64,000 nt of DNA from an uncultured Clostridia bacterium (GTDB taxonomy: Bacteria > Bacillota > Clostridia > Christensenellales > Borkfalkiaceae), in contig CATZIC010000001.1 in assembly GCA_958419945.1 (NCBI GenBank), forward strand, positions 9,482 to 73,481. The letters run 5' to 3'. Shown here one piece after another: positions 1 to 8,968 of this stretch. Position 1 is the first letter of the stretch. Every line of letters starts with the position of its first letter. The position numbers were made by a program, and so were the translations under genes. The notes beneath the pieces were generated by a model that saw nothing but the letters and a program-made list of their open reading frames with translations, did not search any database and was not told the origin of the DNA.

Positions 1-527
1 CCTACGAGATTACAGAAGAATACGTTGAGGCGTACGGTATCATTTCCGCATTGCATTACAACATTTTTGTGGAAAACATGCTTTCAGCAGATATTATGCC
101 GGCGGATCGCCCGTTGTTCTACTACTTCGCTTACGGTAATGACATGAAGTTTGACCAGGCACAAATGCAAGCCGATATAGAAAAGTATGGGCTGTACACA
201 TATGAAGATTTTGCAGACTACCTAACGTATGAGCAGTTTGTAGCATTCAACGTACAGTATATGAAGATTTCTGTTGGTCGTGGCGATTATACCTATCAAG
301 GAATACTTGACTTGATTGAATATTATCTTGCAGGTGCGTCAAATAGCGATAACTCATCAGATACCGGACAAAACACAAGCACAGACACGTCAAGTGAAAA
401 TTCGGGCGAGGTACCTATCCCGCCCGACGGAGCTTGCGATAATGCCCTGCCCCCTACTAACACGGCAACGGGTTCCACCGACGAGGATTCTTCCGACGAT
501 AAGAACGGCACGGGCGGCACTAAATAG
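1..527 (+). CDS. 3' end of a gene entering from the left edge. Hypothetical protein with a Ser/Thr/Asp-rich low-complexity tail. A possible relation to regions that follow Hint/intein-like domains is unverified.
   Basis: Frame 3 is open from nt 3 to the TAG at 525-527, so the listed TTG at 51 is internal. A strong terminator follows. Confidence 0.55.
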   Translation, partial: YEITEEYVEAYGIISALHYNIFVENMLSADIMPADRPLFYYFAYGNDMKFDQAQMQADIEKYGLYTYEDFADYLTYEQFVAFNVQYMKISVGRGDYTYQGILDLIEYYLAGASNSDNSSDTGQNTSTDTSSENSGEVPIPPDGACDNALPPTNTATGSTDEDSSDDKNGTGGTK

Positions 528-551
528 CCTGCAACAAAGATAGACGCAAAA

Positions 552-593
552 GGGCTGACGAAAATTTTTAACTTTCGTCAGCCCAATTTTTTT
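552..593 (+). terminator. Rho-independent terminator
   Basis: 12-bp stem GGGCTGACGAAA / TTTCGTCAGCCC followed by a T-run at 587-593. Confidence 0.75.
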
Positions 594-595
594 AT

Positions 596-700
596 GAAGC
601 GCTACCGAGAGCGCCTTCGGCGCAATGAAGTCGCTTACGCTAATGAAAAATGAAGTCGCTGCGCTAATGAAGCACGCCATTCGGCGCATGAGCACAAGGA
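596..700 (+). repeat. Repeat module M4: tandem units of a short GC hairpin plus AATGAAG. A second copy lies at 51521-51595.
   Basis: GCGCCTTCGGCGC-AATGAAG, TCGCTTACGC-TAATGAA, AATGAAG-TCGCTGCGC-TAATGAAG, CGCCATTCGGCG-CATGAG. About 60 nt are nearly identical to 51533-51590. Confidence 0.8.
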
Positions 701-721
701 TTAGTAATTATTTAAAAAATG

Positions 722-816
722 TCGTTAACAGGCTTATAGCGGGATTTTAAGCTTTTTCACTCGTCCTTGCCTTGGCTTCTGGATTGCCACGGCACTCGCG
801 CGCCTCGCAATGACGG
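722..816 (+). repeat. Composite repeat: module M1 (..AACAGGCTTATAGC..) followed by module M2 (CTGGATTGCCAC-hairpin-TCGCAATGACGG)
   Basis: Same M1-spacer-M2 layout as 10747-10828, 51612-51699, 58438-58526, 60763-60845 and 60950-61034. Confidence 0.85.
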
Positions 817-992
817 TGGGGGTGCAACAAGTTTGTAGTGTGGAGTGTGGAGTTGAGGAATTTGGAGTTATTATATAAAACGTCACCGTTGGTAGTTTAT
901 GGGGCGGGCGGGAAGCGAAAGGTCGAGAAATTTGTGAGTTTGTGAGGGCTGTGGAAGTATAGGGGGTGGCGTTCTTTGTAATGCTCACGTTT

Positions 993-1030
993 CCTGGATT
1001 GCCGCGGCGCTACGCGCCTCGCAATAACGA
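993..1030 (+). repeat. Repeat module M2, solo copy
   Basis: CCTGGATTGCCGC-GGCGC-TAC-GCGCC-TCGCAATAACGA. Confidence 0.85.
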
Positions 1031-1056
1031 TAGCGGGTACAAAAGTATTATTAGAA

Positions 1057-1098
1057 ATATCCCCGCTCTTTTGCCAAACAGCAAAAGAGCGGGGATAT
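1057..1098. other. Perfect 18-bp stem with a 6-nt loop
   Basis: ATATCCCCGCTCTTTTGC-CAAACA-GCAAAAGAGCGGGGATAT. There is no clean T-run on either side. Confidence 0.8.
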
Positions 1099-1148
1099 AA
1101 AGGCTTTACAAAAAAACGTATCCCCCGCCGAAGAATTCGGAAGAGGAT

Positions 1149-1220
1149 ACAATCCCTCAGGCACATTCGTGCCAGCTCCCTTTACACAAAGGAGCCGAAT
1201 GCGGATTTAAAGATATTATA
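1149..1220 (+). repeat. Repeat module M3 (two hairpins, ends in GGATTTAAA)
   Basis: ..CCTCAGGCAC-ATTC-GTGCCAGCTCCCTTTACACAAAGGAGCC..GGATTTAAA. Homologous to 29790-29866 and 60698-60750. It abuts the rseP stop codon. Confidence 0.85.
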
Positions 1221-1225
1221 GTTAC

Positions 1226-2803
1226 TTAAAACAGTTTCAGGACGTCGACGAGGATTGCGAAAAGTAAAAGTGCAATTAGGCCTACGAAGTGGATCATGCC
1301 TTCCACGTTGCGGTTTATGGGTTTTTTGCGAATCCATTCGATAAGCACGAAAACCGCTCTTGCGCCGTCGAGGGCGGGGATAGGAAGAAGGTTGAAAATT
1401 GCAATCGACAGTCCTATCATGGAAGCGATATTTAAAACGTACTTAAAGCCGAGTGAAACGTACTGTGTGGTCAAGCTTATGGTTCCGACCGGGCCGCTTA
1501 CCGAAGTAATGGCCAATCTGCCGGTTAAAAGGTACCAAAAGGATTTAAGCGTGATACCGACGGTTTTAAAGGAGTACACGACGGCTTTGCCGATGCCTTC
1601 GAAGAATCCGAAGCGCACGTTTTCGCTGGAAATTTGGTAGGATAAAGCTTCTTCGTCTTTAATACCGAAAGCGGCAAGCACGGCCTTTTTGTCCGTCTTA
1701 TCCACAGCGTCGAAGCCGAGCGGTGCGGTAAGGGTTACCAAGTCGTTGTTCTCGTCCTCGTCCTCGCCGTCGGGAACGATTAAAGTAACGGTTTCCCCTG
1801 CTTTAAGGGTTTTTAGGCCGTTATACAGGTCGTCAAGGGTGTAAATCCTCGTGCAGTCTGCGTTATTTTCGCTGTCCTTAAAGCGGAAAACGTAGTTGCC
1901 GTTTTTTAAAGGACAGTTTTCTTCGGTGGAAAGTTTTAATACGGATGCAACGCCCAAGCCTTTCAATGCGGGGTAAACGTCAGACATGTTCTCGATAGTT
2001 ACGTCGGCGCGGAGTGCCACGGTTTTGGTTTCACGGCTGCCGTCCTCGTGTTGGACGGTTACGCTTACCAAATCCCCTTTCTTTTTGCCGTTTAAGGCAT
2101 CGGCAAGGTCGGTGGTAAAGTACAGGAATTTGCCGTCGATTTCCAAAATTATATCCTTATCCTTCAGGGACATTTCCGCCTCGGTAAGGGTATCGGTTTT
2201 AGCGACTTCGTACGCCATGAATCCGAAATGGCCGTATGCCGTGAAGTACACCATTACTATAAGGACTGCTACGACAAAGTTGAAGGTTGCGCCCGCTAAA
2301 AGGACCAGAATCCTTTGCCACGGCTTTTTATTGTTAAATGCGTCCTTGGAAAGGGTTTTTGTCGGAGTTTTCGATGTATCTTCTTGCGATTTGTCGGGGT
2401 CGGGGTTTTCGGTGGATTCCGAATTGTAATCGGTAAAAACTTCGGGATTATCGGTTTCCGTTTGGGGTTGCACGTCGGAAGCTTCCGCCCCGTTTAATGC
2501 TTTTTTCGCATCTTTTTCCTGCTTTTTCCGAATTGTTTCGTCGTCCTCGTCTTCCCCCTCGAAGGCGCAGAAACCGCCCAAAGGAAAGATCCTTATGGAG
2601 AAAACCTCTCCGTCCTTTTTTGTCTTTTTGAATATCGCAGGGCCCATGCCGATTGCGAATTCTTTTATTTTGAATTTTAACAGTTTTCCGACGATGTAAT
2701 GCCCGAACTCGTGCACCGTAATCGTTGCAAGCAGAATGAGTAGCGCAACGATTACGGACAGCACCGTTTTAAGCACCGCCGGTACCAATAAAGATTGTAA
2801 CAT
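1226..2803 (-). CDS. rseP: RIP (site-2) zinc metalloprotease RseP, M50 family, with a long acidic low-complexity insertion
   Basis: HEFGHY zinc motif in TM1, C-terminal NLLPIPALDG motif, a central PDZ-like region, and the conserved position after dxr. Confidence 0.9.
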   Translation of the reverse strand: MLQSLLVPAVLKTVLSVIVALLILLATITVHEFGHYIVGKLLKFKIKEFAIGMGPAIFKKTKKDGEVFSIRIFPLGGFCAFEGEDEDDETIRKKQEKDAKKALNGAEASDVQPQTETDNPEVFTDYNSESTENPDPDKSQEDTSKTPTKTLSKDAFNNKKPWQRILVLLAGATFNFVVAVLIVMVYFTAYGHFGFMAYEVAKTDTLTEAEMSLKDKDIILEIDGKFLYFTTDLADALNGKKKGDLVSVTVQHEDGSRETKTVALRADVTIENMSDVYPALKGLGVASVLKLSTEENCPLKNGNYVFRFKDSENNADCTRIYTLDDLYNGLKTLKAGETVTLIVPDGEDEDENNDLVTLTAPLGFDAVDKTDKKAVLAAFGIKDEEALSYQISSENVRFGFFEGIGKAVVYSFKTVGITLKSFWYLLTGRLAITSVSGPVGTISLTTQYVSLGFKYVLNIASMIGLSIAIFNLLPIPALDGARAVFVLIEWIRKKPINRNVEGMIHFVGLIALLLFAILVDVLKLF

Positions 2804-2828
2804 GTAACACCTTAAGTGATGATTTTTA

Positions 2829-3971
2829 TTATAAAAGTGCCGATAAGCGGCTTATAGCCCGACTTCTTGCCATTCGGTCGGTTTCCACAACCGAATTATA
2901 GTCGACGGTTTTTTCTATAGTAGAATCTAAAGCATCCGCCAAAAAACTGTAGATATCGGTAAACTTTATTTTGCCTTGCAAGAAGGCGTTTACAGCGATT
3001 TCGTTTGCGGCGGAAATGGCGCAGGGATAGTTGTTGCCTTTTATTATCGCCTGCTTTACAAGGGAAAAACAGGGGTATCTTTTATCGTCTATTTTCTCGA
3101 AAGTCAAGGACTTACCGCATAAATCCAAACGGTCAAGGCCTAAATTCAGCCTTTCGGGATAATTTAGCGCAAGGGCTATGGGGATTTTCATATCGGGAAC
3201 AGCCATTTGGGAAATTACGGAGCCGTCCTGAAATTCAACCATGGAATGTATTATGCTTTGGCGGTGCAAAAGCACGTCTATCTTGCTAACGTCGCAGTTA
3301 AAAAGCCATTTTGCTTCGGCGACTTCGAAACCCTTATTTACCATAGTGGCACAGTCAACCGTGATTTTTGCACCCATTTGCCAATTTGGATGGTTTAGCG
3401 CTTCTTTTGCGGTTACCTTATCGAGATTTTCCAAAGGAAGGTCCCGAAAAGCGCCGCCTGATGCGGTGATTATGAGTTTTTCAAAGGGCTTTTTTCTGTC
3501 AAGCCCGAGGGCCTGCCATATTGCGGAATGTTCGCTGTCGACGGGGATAAGGTTTACACCCTGCTTTTCGGCAAGAGCGGTAACAACCTCTCCACCCGCG
3601 ACCAAAGCCTCCTTGTTGGCGATTGCGACGTCGGTTTTGTTTTGGATTGCGGCAACCACCGCAGAAAAGCCCGCAAAGCCCATTACCGCTACAAACACCA
3701 AATCCGCATCACAAACTGCGGCGTGCATAATGGCGTTTTCACCGTAATAAAAGGATGTATTTTCCGGAACGGTTGTGACTTTCCTTGCGTATTCCGCATC
3801 GGATAAAACGGCGATATCGGGCTTATAGCGCCACATTTGCGCTTCGATCCCCTTATAATCACGGTTTGCCGCTATAGCCGTTATTTTAAATTTTTCGGGA
3901 AAGCGGTCTACGATTTCAAGCACTTGCTTGCCGATAGAACCGGTGCTTCCGATAAGCGCAATTTTCTTCAT
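2829..3971 (-). CDS. dxr: 1-deoxy-D-xylulose 5-phosphate reductoisomerase
   Basis: N-terminal GSTGSIG NADPH motif, typical length of 380 aa, and synteny cdsA-dxr-rseP. Confidence 0.93.
   Translation of the reverse strand: MKKIALIGSTGSIGKQVLEIVDRFPEKFKITAIAANRDYKGIEAQMWRYKPDIAVLSDAEYARKVTTVPENTSFYYGENAIMHAAVCDADLVFVAVMGFAGFSAVVAAIQNKTDVAIANKEALVAGGEVVTALAEKQGVNLIPVDSEHSAIWQALGLDRKKPFEKLIITASGGAFRDLPLENLDKVTAKEALNHPNWQMGAKITVDCATMVNKGFEVAEAKWLFNCDVSKIDVLLHRQSIIHSMVEFQDGSVISQMAVPDMKIPIALALNYPERLNLGLDRLDLCGKSLTFEKIDDKRYPCFSLVKQAIIKGNNYPCAISAANEIAVNAFLQGKIKFTDIYSFLADALDSTIEKTVDYNSVVETDRMARSRAISRLSALL
2839..2868 (+). repeat. Repeat module M1 copy lying inside the 3' end of dxr
   Basis: GCCGATAAGCGGCTTATAGCCCGACTTCTT. 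On the minus strand it encodes the last residues ..SRAISRLSALL of Dxr. Confidence 0.75.
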
Positions 3972-4032
3972 AATTATAATCTATTTTAATTTGCGGCGGA
4001 ATATGTAAATACTTATCCTAATACGTAAATAT

Positions 4033-4863
4033 CTATCCTATAAACGAGAACACAAGGTATATAAACGACGCACAAATCATATTGCCGTCGATTCGGTCAA
4101 GCATTCCGCCGTGGCCGGGTAAAAGTTTGCCCATGTCTTTAATTTCAAGTTTGCGTTTTATCGCGCCTTCCACTAAATCACCGAGCTCTGTAAACAGTGC
4201 ACCGAAAAGACCTATCAATAAAAACAGAACGATTTCCGCACCGACGTTTTCGGTTACACTGCCTTTTGCGTGCACGAGCCAAAAAAGTATTGACACTGCC
4301 ATTCCGCCCAAAAGTCCGCCTATAGCACCGCTAATGCGCTTTTTTGGGCTTACCTTTTCGCAAAGTTTGGGACCTTTGAAAAGGGAGCCGACGATGTACG
4401 CCAAGGCGTCCGCCACCGGGGAAATTATGAATATAAGCATAAGTGCCACGAAGGAATTACTTTCAAGCGTGTTGCAAAGAAGCATTGGAATTAGTAGCCC
4501 CGTGGGGTAAAAGAGTGCGAAAAAGGCGCAAGAAATTTTTTCGATAGTAACCTTTTCGAACTCGAAAACCATTGCGAGAAGCAGCAGTATGCATGCGCAC
4601 ATACATACGACGGCAACCGCTTGCACGCCGAAAAACACGTATACCGGGGTTACGGTCAAAGAAAACGCAAATATTACGCATTTTTGAAAATTTGTAATCC
4701 TGTCCTTGAGCGCCCTTATCATTTCATACGAGCCGACGACGGCAAATGCATAAAACAAGATATTCATTAGCCGTATATCTACTAACTCTCTTAGCAGAAA
4801 CGAGCCGACTACGACCGCTATGATAAAAACGCTGGTACCAAGTCTTATCAAGAAATTTTTCAT
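4033..4863 (-). CDS. cdsA: Phosphatidate cytidylyltransferase
   Basis: C-terminal signature GDLVEGAIKRKLEIKDMGKLLPGHGGMLDRIDG and multiple TM segments. I prefer the ATG at 4863 with AGGTGA upstream over the TTG at 4878. Confidence 0.9.
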   Translation of the reverse strand: MKNFLIRLGTSVFIIAVVVGSFLLRELVDIRLMNILFYAFAVVGSYEMIRALKDRITNFQKCVIFAFSLTVTPVYVFFGVQAVAVVCMCACILLLLAMVFEFEKVTIEKISCAFFALFYPTGLLIPMLLCNTLESNSFVALMLIFIISPVADALAYIVGSLFKGPKLCEKVSPKKRISGAIGGLLGGMAVSILFWLVHAKGSVTENVGAEIVLFLLIGLFGALFTELGDLVEGAIKRKLEIKDMGKLLPGHGGMLDRIDGNMICASFIYLVFSFIG

Positions 4864-4892
4864 TTTTTCACCTTGCAAACGGAAGATCTTCG

Positions 4893-5576
4893 TTAGTTTG
4901 CTATTCCGCCGTATCGACGGTTTCTTCCTTCAAACCACCGGATTGCTTCGTCTAAGTCGCTTGGCTTGAAATCCGGCCATAATACGTCGGTAAAATACAG
5001 TTCGGTATAAGCGGTCTGCCAAAGCATAAAATTGCTTAGGCGCTTTTCGCCTCCCGTCCTTATTACCATATCCACGGGCGGAAGGGTTTTGGTGTAAAGT
5101 TCCGCCTCTAAGTCTTTTTCTGTGGGACTTAGTATCCCCTTATCTACAAGGCCACGAAAGGCGTGCAGAATATCGGCTTTTCCGCCGTAATTAAATAATA
5201 TGTTTACCGTTTTACCGTTATCTTTGGTTTTTTCTATAGCGTCTAAAATAACCTTTCTGCGTTTTTCCGAAAGCGGGGACAGATCTCCCGAAACCATAAG
5301 CCTTATATCGTTCTTCATAAGATATGGCAGATTCCTTTTTAAAAGAACCATAAGAAGGGAAAGTATGCCGCTTACCTCGGCCTTGGGCCTCGACCAATTT
5401 TCCGTAGAAAAAGCATAAAAGGACAGAACGGTCGCACCTTTTTGAAAAGCGTAAGGAACTATTTTTTCCATTGCAGTTGCCCCCGCTTTATGCCCGTTTA
5501 AGCGAGGCTGTCCTTTCGCCGTCGCCCAGCGCCCGTTTCCGTCCATGATAAACGCTACGTGTTTTAAACCGCCCAT
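4893..5576 (-). CDS. uppS: Isoprenyl transferase / undecaprenyl diphosphate synthase
   Basis: FIMDGNGRWA and ENWSRP motifs; synteny frr-uppS-cdsA. Confidence 0.93.
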   Translation of the reverse strand: MGGLKHVAFIMDGNGRWATAKGQPRLNGHKAGATAMEKIVPYAFQKGATVLSFYAFSTENWSRPKAEVSGILSLLMVLLKRNLPYLMKNDIRLMVSGDLSPLSEKRRKVILDAIEKTKDNGKTVNILFNYGGKADILHAFRGLVDKGILSPTEKDLEAELYTKTLPPVDMVIRTGGEKRLSNFMLWQTAYTELYFTDVLWPDFKPSDLDEAIRWFEGRNRRYGGIAN

Positions 5577-6151
5577 TAAACGGTCATCACGTCCTTTTCT
5601 TTTTCGGTCTGTAATTTGTCGATACGCTCAACCGCATCGTTTACGGTATCGTTTACTTCCTTTTCAAACGAAGTGTATTCGTCTTCAGATATCTCTTTGG
5701 AAGTTTTCATCTTTTTAAGGGTATCCAAAACGTCTCTACGGATGTTTCTTACGGCGACTTTAGCGTCTTCACCCATTTTTCTTACCTGTTTACTGATTTC
5801 TTTACGTCTTTCTTCGGTAAGGTCGGGGAATACGAGTCTTATTACGGTACCGTCGTTAGTGGGCGTGATGCCGACGTTGGAGCCTAAAATGGCCTTTTCC
5901 ACGTTTTTGAGCATGCTTTTATCCCACGGCGCTATAACGAGGCATTTACCTTCCTGCACGGAAATATTGCTCATTTGCGCAACGGGGGTGGGCTGTCCAT
6001 AAAAGTCTACCATAACTTTGTCAAGCACGTGGGGATTTGCCCTGCCGAGCCTAATTTGTATATATGATTCCTTTAATACGCTGATGGTTTTGCTTGTTTT
6101 ATCTTCGCATTCAAGTAAAATCATCTCGATTTGTTCCATATCAGCTGCCAT
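5576..6151 (-). CDS. frr: Ribosome recycling factor
   Basis: IRLGRANPHVLD..V.FYG motif, about 185 aa, GAGAGGA RBS, synteny. Confidence 0.93.
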   Translation of the reverse strand: MAADMEQIEMILLECEDKTSKTISVLKESYIQIRLGRANPHVLDKVMVDFYGQPTPVAQMSNISVQEGKCLVIAPWDKSMLKNVEKAILGSNVGITPTNDGTVIRLVFPDLTEERRKEISKQVRKMGEDAKVAVRNIRRDVLDTLKKMKTSKEISEDEYTSFEKEVNDTVNDAVERIDKLQTEKEKDVMTV

Positions 6152-6246
6152 AATATATTCCTCTCTTTCTCATAATTTTTAACAATTTGTCTTTATTTTA
6201 ACCGCTTATTAAGCCGACAAAAAGTGGCTTTTACAACACTCGGCGG

Positions 6247-6945
6247 TTATTTTATCCAAGTGCCGAGTTTTTCACCCGAAACCGCACGGACGATTGAGTC
6301 TTCCTCTAATAAAAAGCATAGAACGGGTATGGAGTTTTCCATACACATGGTTATTGCGGTCATATCCATTGCCTTTAAGCCTTTTTGGATAAATTCCATA
6401 TAGGAAATTTCGTCGTACTTTACTGCCGTGGGGTCAAGCTTCGGATCGCCGGAATACACGCCGTCCACGTTTTTGGCAAGTAAAATTACGTCCGCACCTA
6501 TTTCCGCCGCACGAAGGGCTGCCGCCGTATCGGTGGAAAAATAAGGACTACCCGTTCCGCCCGCGAAAATTACGATATAACCTTTTTCAAGGTAGTGAAG
6601 GGCACGGGGCTTGGTGTAGAGTTCTGCAATTTTGTTCATTTCAACGGAAGTTAACACCACCGCTTTTGCGCCTTTTTGGCTTAGTGCATCCGCTAAGCAC
6701 AGGGAGTTTATAACCGTTGCAAGCATGCCCATTTGGTCTGCAACGGTCCTATCCATATCGGCGCCTTGCCTTCCGCGCCAAATGTTACCGGCACCGATAA
6801 CCAAAGACACCTGAACGCCGGATTTTTGAAGGGTAATAAGTTCATCCGAAACCTTACCCAAAAAATCCCTGTCGTAGCCGAAGCCCTTGTCTTTTGCGAG
6901 AGCTTCTCCGCTTAATTTTAACAAAATTTTATTAAACTTGGCCAT
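6247..6945 (-). CDS. pyrH: UMP kinase
   Basis: ILLKLSGEAL N-terminus, amino-acid kinase fold motifs, synteny tsf-pyrH-frr. Confidence 0.93.
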   Translation of the reverse strand: MAKFNKILLKLSGEALAKDKGFGYDRDFLGKVSDELITLQKSGVQVSLVIGAGNIWRGRQGADMDRTVADQMGMLATVINSLCLADALSQKGAKAVVLTSVEMNKIAELYTKPRALHYLEKGYIVIFAGGTGSPYFSTDTAAALRAAEIGADVILLAKNVDGVYSGDPKLDPTAVKYDEISYMEFIQKGLKAMDMTAITMCMENSIPVLCFLLEEDSIVRAVSGEKLGTWIK

Positions 6946-7010
6946 ATTTATCCTTATAAGTTACTATATCAGTGGGTTCGCCAAACGCCGAATTTTGTAG
7001 GCAAATTTAG

Positions 7011-7038
7011 CGATAACGGGCTTATAGCCCGACTTTTT
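7011..7038 (+). repeat. Repeat module M1
   Basis: CGATAACGGGCTTATAGCCCGACTTTTT. Confidence 0.85.
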
Positions 7039-7076
7039 AAAAAAGAGGAAACAGATATTGTGTTTCCTCTTTTTTG
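7039..7076 (-). terminator. Bidirectional rho-independent terminator downstream of tsf
   Basis: Stem AGAGGAAACA / TGTTTCCTCT flanked by an A-run and a T-run. Confidence 0.8.
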
Positions 7077-7082
7077 CGAAAA

Positions 7083-7742
7083 TTATTTCTTCATTGCTTC
7101 GACTTGGGCTGCTACTTCGTCGGCAAGGTTATCACTCTTTTTCTGTAAACCTTCACCCATTTCGTAACGGACAAATCTTCTTATCGCAATCTTTTCGCCT
7201 ATCGTAGCGGTTGCTTCGATAACGAGTTGTTCGATTGTCTTAGAAGGATCTTTAACGAACTTCTGGTTTAAAAGACAGTTGTCGTCATAGAAACTTTTAA
7301 TTCTGCCTTCTACCATCTTTTCAACGATAGCGGCGGGTTTGCCTTCTTCAAGTGCCTGAGCCTTTAAGACTGCTTTTTCTCTTTCCAAAACGTCCGTGGG
7401 AACGTCATCTTTGGTAAGATAGGAAGGGTTAGCTGCTGCAATGTGTAAGCAGATGTCGTGAGACAAGTTTTTGAACTGATCGCCACGAGCAACGAAGTCG
7501 GTTTCGCAGTTGAGCTCTAATAAAACGCCGATCTTTCCGCCCATGTGAATATAACTGTCAACGATACCTTCGGCTGCAATACGGCCTGCTTTTTTAGCCG
7601 CTTTTGCCATGCCTTTTTCTCTTAAGTAGTCTATAGCCTTTTCCATGTCGCCGTTGGTTTCTGTAAGAGCGTTCTTACAATCCATCATACCGCAACCGGT
7701 TCTTTCTCTCAATGCTTTAACGTCTTGTGCTGTAAAACTCAT
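7083..7742 (-). CDS. tsf: Translation elongation factor Ts
   Basis: N-terminal UBA-like [19 protein letters not shown]. The ATG at 7742 is preceded by AAGGAG. The ORF-track start at 7775 is probably too long. Confidence 0.92.
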   Translation of the reverse strand: MSFTAQDVKALRERTGCGMMDCKNALTETNGDMEKAIDYLREKGMAKAAKKAGRIAAEGIVDSYIHMGGKIGVLLELNCETDFVARGDQFKNLSHDICLHIAAANPSYLTKDDVPTDVLEREKAVLKAQALEEGKPAAIVEKMVEGRIKSFYDDNCLLNQKFVKDPSKTIEQLVIEATATIGEKIAIRRFVRYEMGEGLQKKSDNLADEVAAQVEAMKK

Positions 7743-7778
7743 AATAATCTCCTTATATAAAGTGTTGAGCGCCAAAGA

Positions 7779-8609
7779 TTATTCGGCAGTAGTTTCTGTC
7801 TGAGCGGTTTCGGTAGCTTCCGCATTTTCAGAAGTAGCTTCGGTTTCAGAAGCTTCTGCTGTAGCAGTGGTTTCGGACTGTGCACGAAGTTTTGCCGCCT
7901 GTTCTCTCATAGCGATAACGGCGTCTTCACCCTGTTTGCCTTCGATAACTGCGTCTGCAATTACGGAAGTGATTAACTTAACTGCCTTAATTGCGTCGTC
8001 ATTTGCGGAAATAACGTAATCGATAAGGTCGGGATCGCAGTTGGTATCGGTGATAGCAACAACGGGAATGTTAAGTTTATTTGCTTCTTTTACAGCAATA
8101 TCCTCGCAAGAAGGGTCAACGACGAACATGATGTCGGGGAGTTGACGCATTTCTCTTATACCGCCGAGGTTTTGGTTAAGTTTTTCACGTTCCTGTTTTA
8201 AAGCGAGAACTTCTTTCTTGGGAAGAAGATCGAATTCGCCCATTTTTTCCATTTGGTCGAGCTTGTTTAATCTTTCGATTCTGGAACGAATGGTTTTGAA
8301 GTTGGTAAGCGTACCGCCAAGCCAACGATAATTTACGTAAAACATACCGCAACGTTCAGCTTCCTGCTGAATGGCTTCCTGAGCCTGACGTTTGGTACCT
8401 ACGAACAATACGGTTTTGTTTTCCTTAACCGCGTCGGCAACGAATCTGTAAGCATCTTCGATAAGTTTTAAAGTGATCTGCAAATCGATAATATGAATAC
8501 CGTTTCTGCTGCCGTAGATGTACTTCTTCATCTTGGGGTTCCATCTTCTCGTCTGGTGTCCGAAATGAACGCCGGCTTCGAGAAGTTGCTTCATAGTTGT
8601 AACTTCCAT
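7779..8609 (-). CDS. rpsB: 30S ribosomal protein S2 with a Glu/Thr/Ala-rich C-terminal tail
   Basis: [19 protein letters not shown] motif; GGAGGT RBS. Confidence 0.95.
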   Translation of the reverse strand: MEVTTMKQLLEAGVHFGHQTRRWNPKMKKYIYGSRNGIHIIDLQITLKLIEDAYRFVADAVKENKTVLFVGTKRQAQEAIQQEAERCGMFYVNYRWLGGTLTNFKTIRSRIERLNKLDQMEKMGEFDLLPKKEVLALKQEREKLNQNLGGIREMRQLPDIMFVVDPSCEDIAVKEANKLNIPVVAITDTNCDPDLIDYVISANDDAIKAVKLITSVIADAVIEGKQGEDAVIAMREQAAKLRAQSETTATAEASETEATSENAEATETAQTETTAE

Positions 8610-8737
8610 AAAAATATACCTCCGTTAATCCTCCCCGAAGTCCTTTTTAATAGCGGCGTGATGGGCTTTTTAGATAAAGTTTTTTTTAAAGCCACGGTGT
8701 GCCGCAAACTTACGGGTGTGAATTTTTTTGCTTTGCT

Positions 8738-8766
8738 ATTATAACATAGATTTTATATATTAGCAA
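8738..8766 (-). promoter_or_regulatory. Sigma-A type promoter of the rpsB operon
   Basis: Minus strand reads TTGCTA (8766-8761), a 17-nt spacer, then TGT-TATAAT (8743-8738). This leaves a leader of about 125 nt. Confidence 0.65.
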
Positions 8767-8883
8767 TCGTTTTTTAATCAAATTTCAAATTTTTGGCATT
8801 TAGTGTTGAGTGTGGATTGTAGTAGATTTGGTTTAACTGCCGTCACTAAGAACAAAGTGAGTAGATGATTTCCTGCCTTTGTG

Positions 8884-8968
8884 TCTGGATTGCCACGTCG
8901 CTTTGCGACTCGCAATGACGAAGTGAATGCACAAAATGTGCAAATAACGGGCTTATAGCCCTACTTTT
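8884..8968 (+). repeat. Repeat modules M2 (8884-8920) and M1 (8942-8968)
   Basis: TCTGGATTGCCAC-GTCGC-TTT-GCGAC-TCGCAATGACG, then AAATAACGGGCTTATAGCCCTACTTTT. M1 ends on the stop codon of the CE4 gene. Confidence 0.85.

Noticed and set aside
734-1166. ORFs 734-988 and 897-1166 (minus strand), and similarly 390-695, 8846-9082 and 25743-26012, as small protein genes
   Set aside because: They are read-throughs of repeat modules. The same peptide fragments, such as ..VAIQKP(K/R).. and ..HCES.., recur wherever M2 or M1 is translated. They lack an RBS and overlap terminators.
7743-7775. Longer N-termini offered by the ORF track for tsf (7775), cdsA (4878), GH28 (19939), the SBP (25762), malF-like (54067), M6 (45619) and the membrane proteins (22934, 23530)
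   Set aside because: For most of these, an internal ATG is preceded by a clear Shine-Dalgarno sequence. The GH28 and M6 starts are the exceptions; there the RBS is weak. The chosen starts also match conserved N-termini or signal peptides, and several create ATGA overlaps or 1-nt junctions with the upstream gene.
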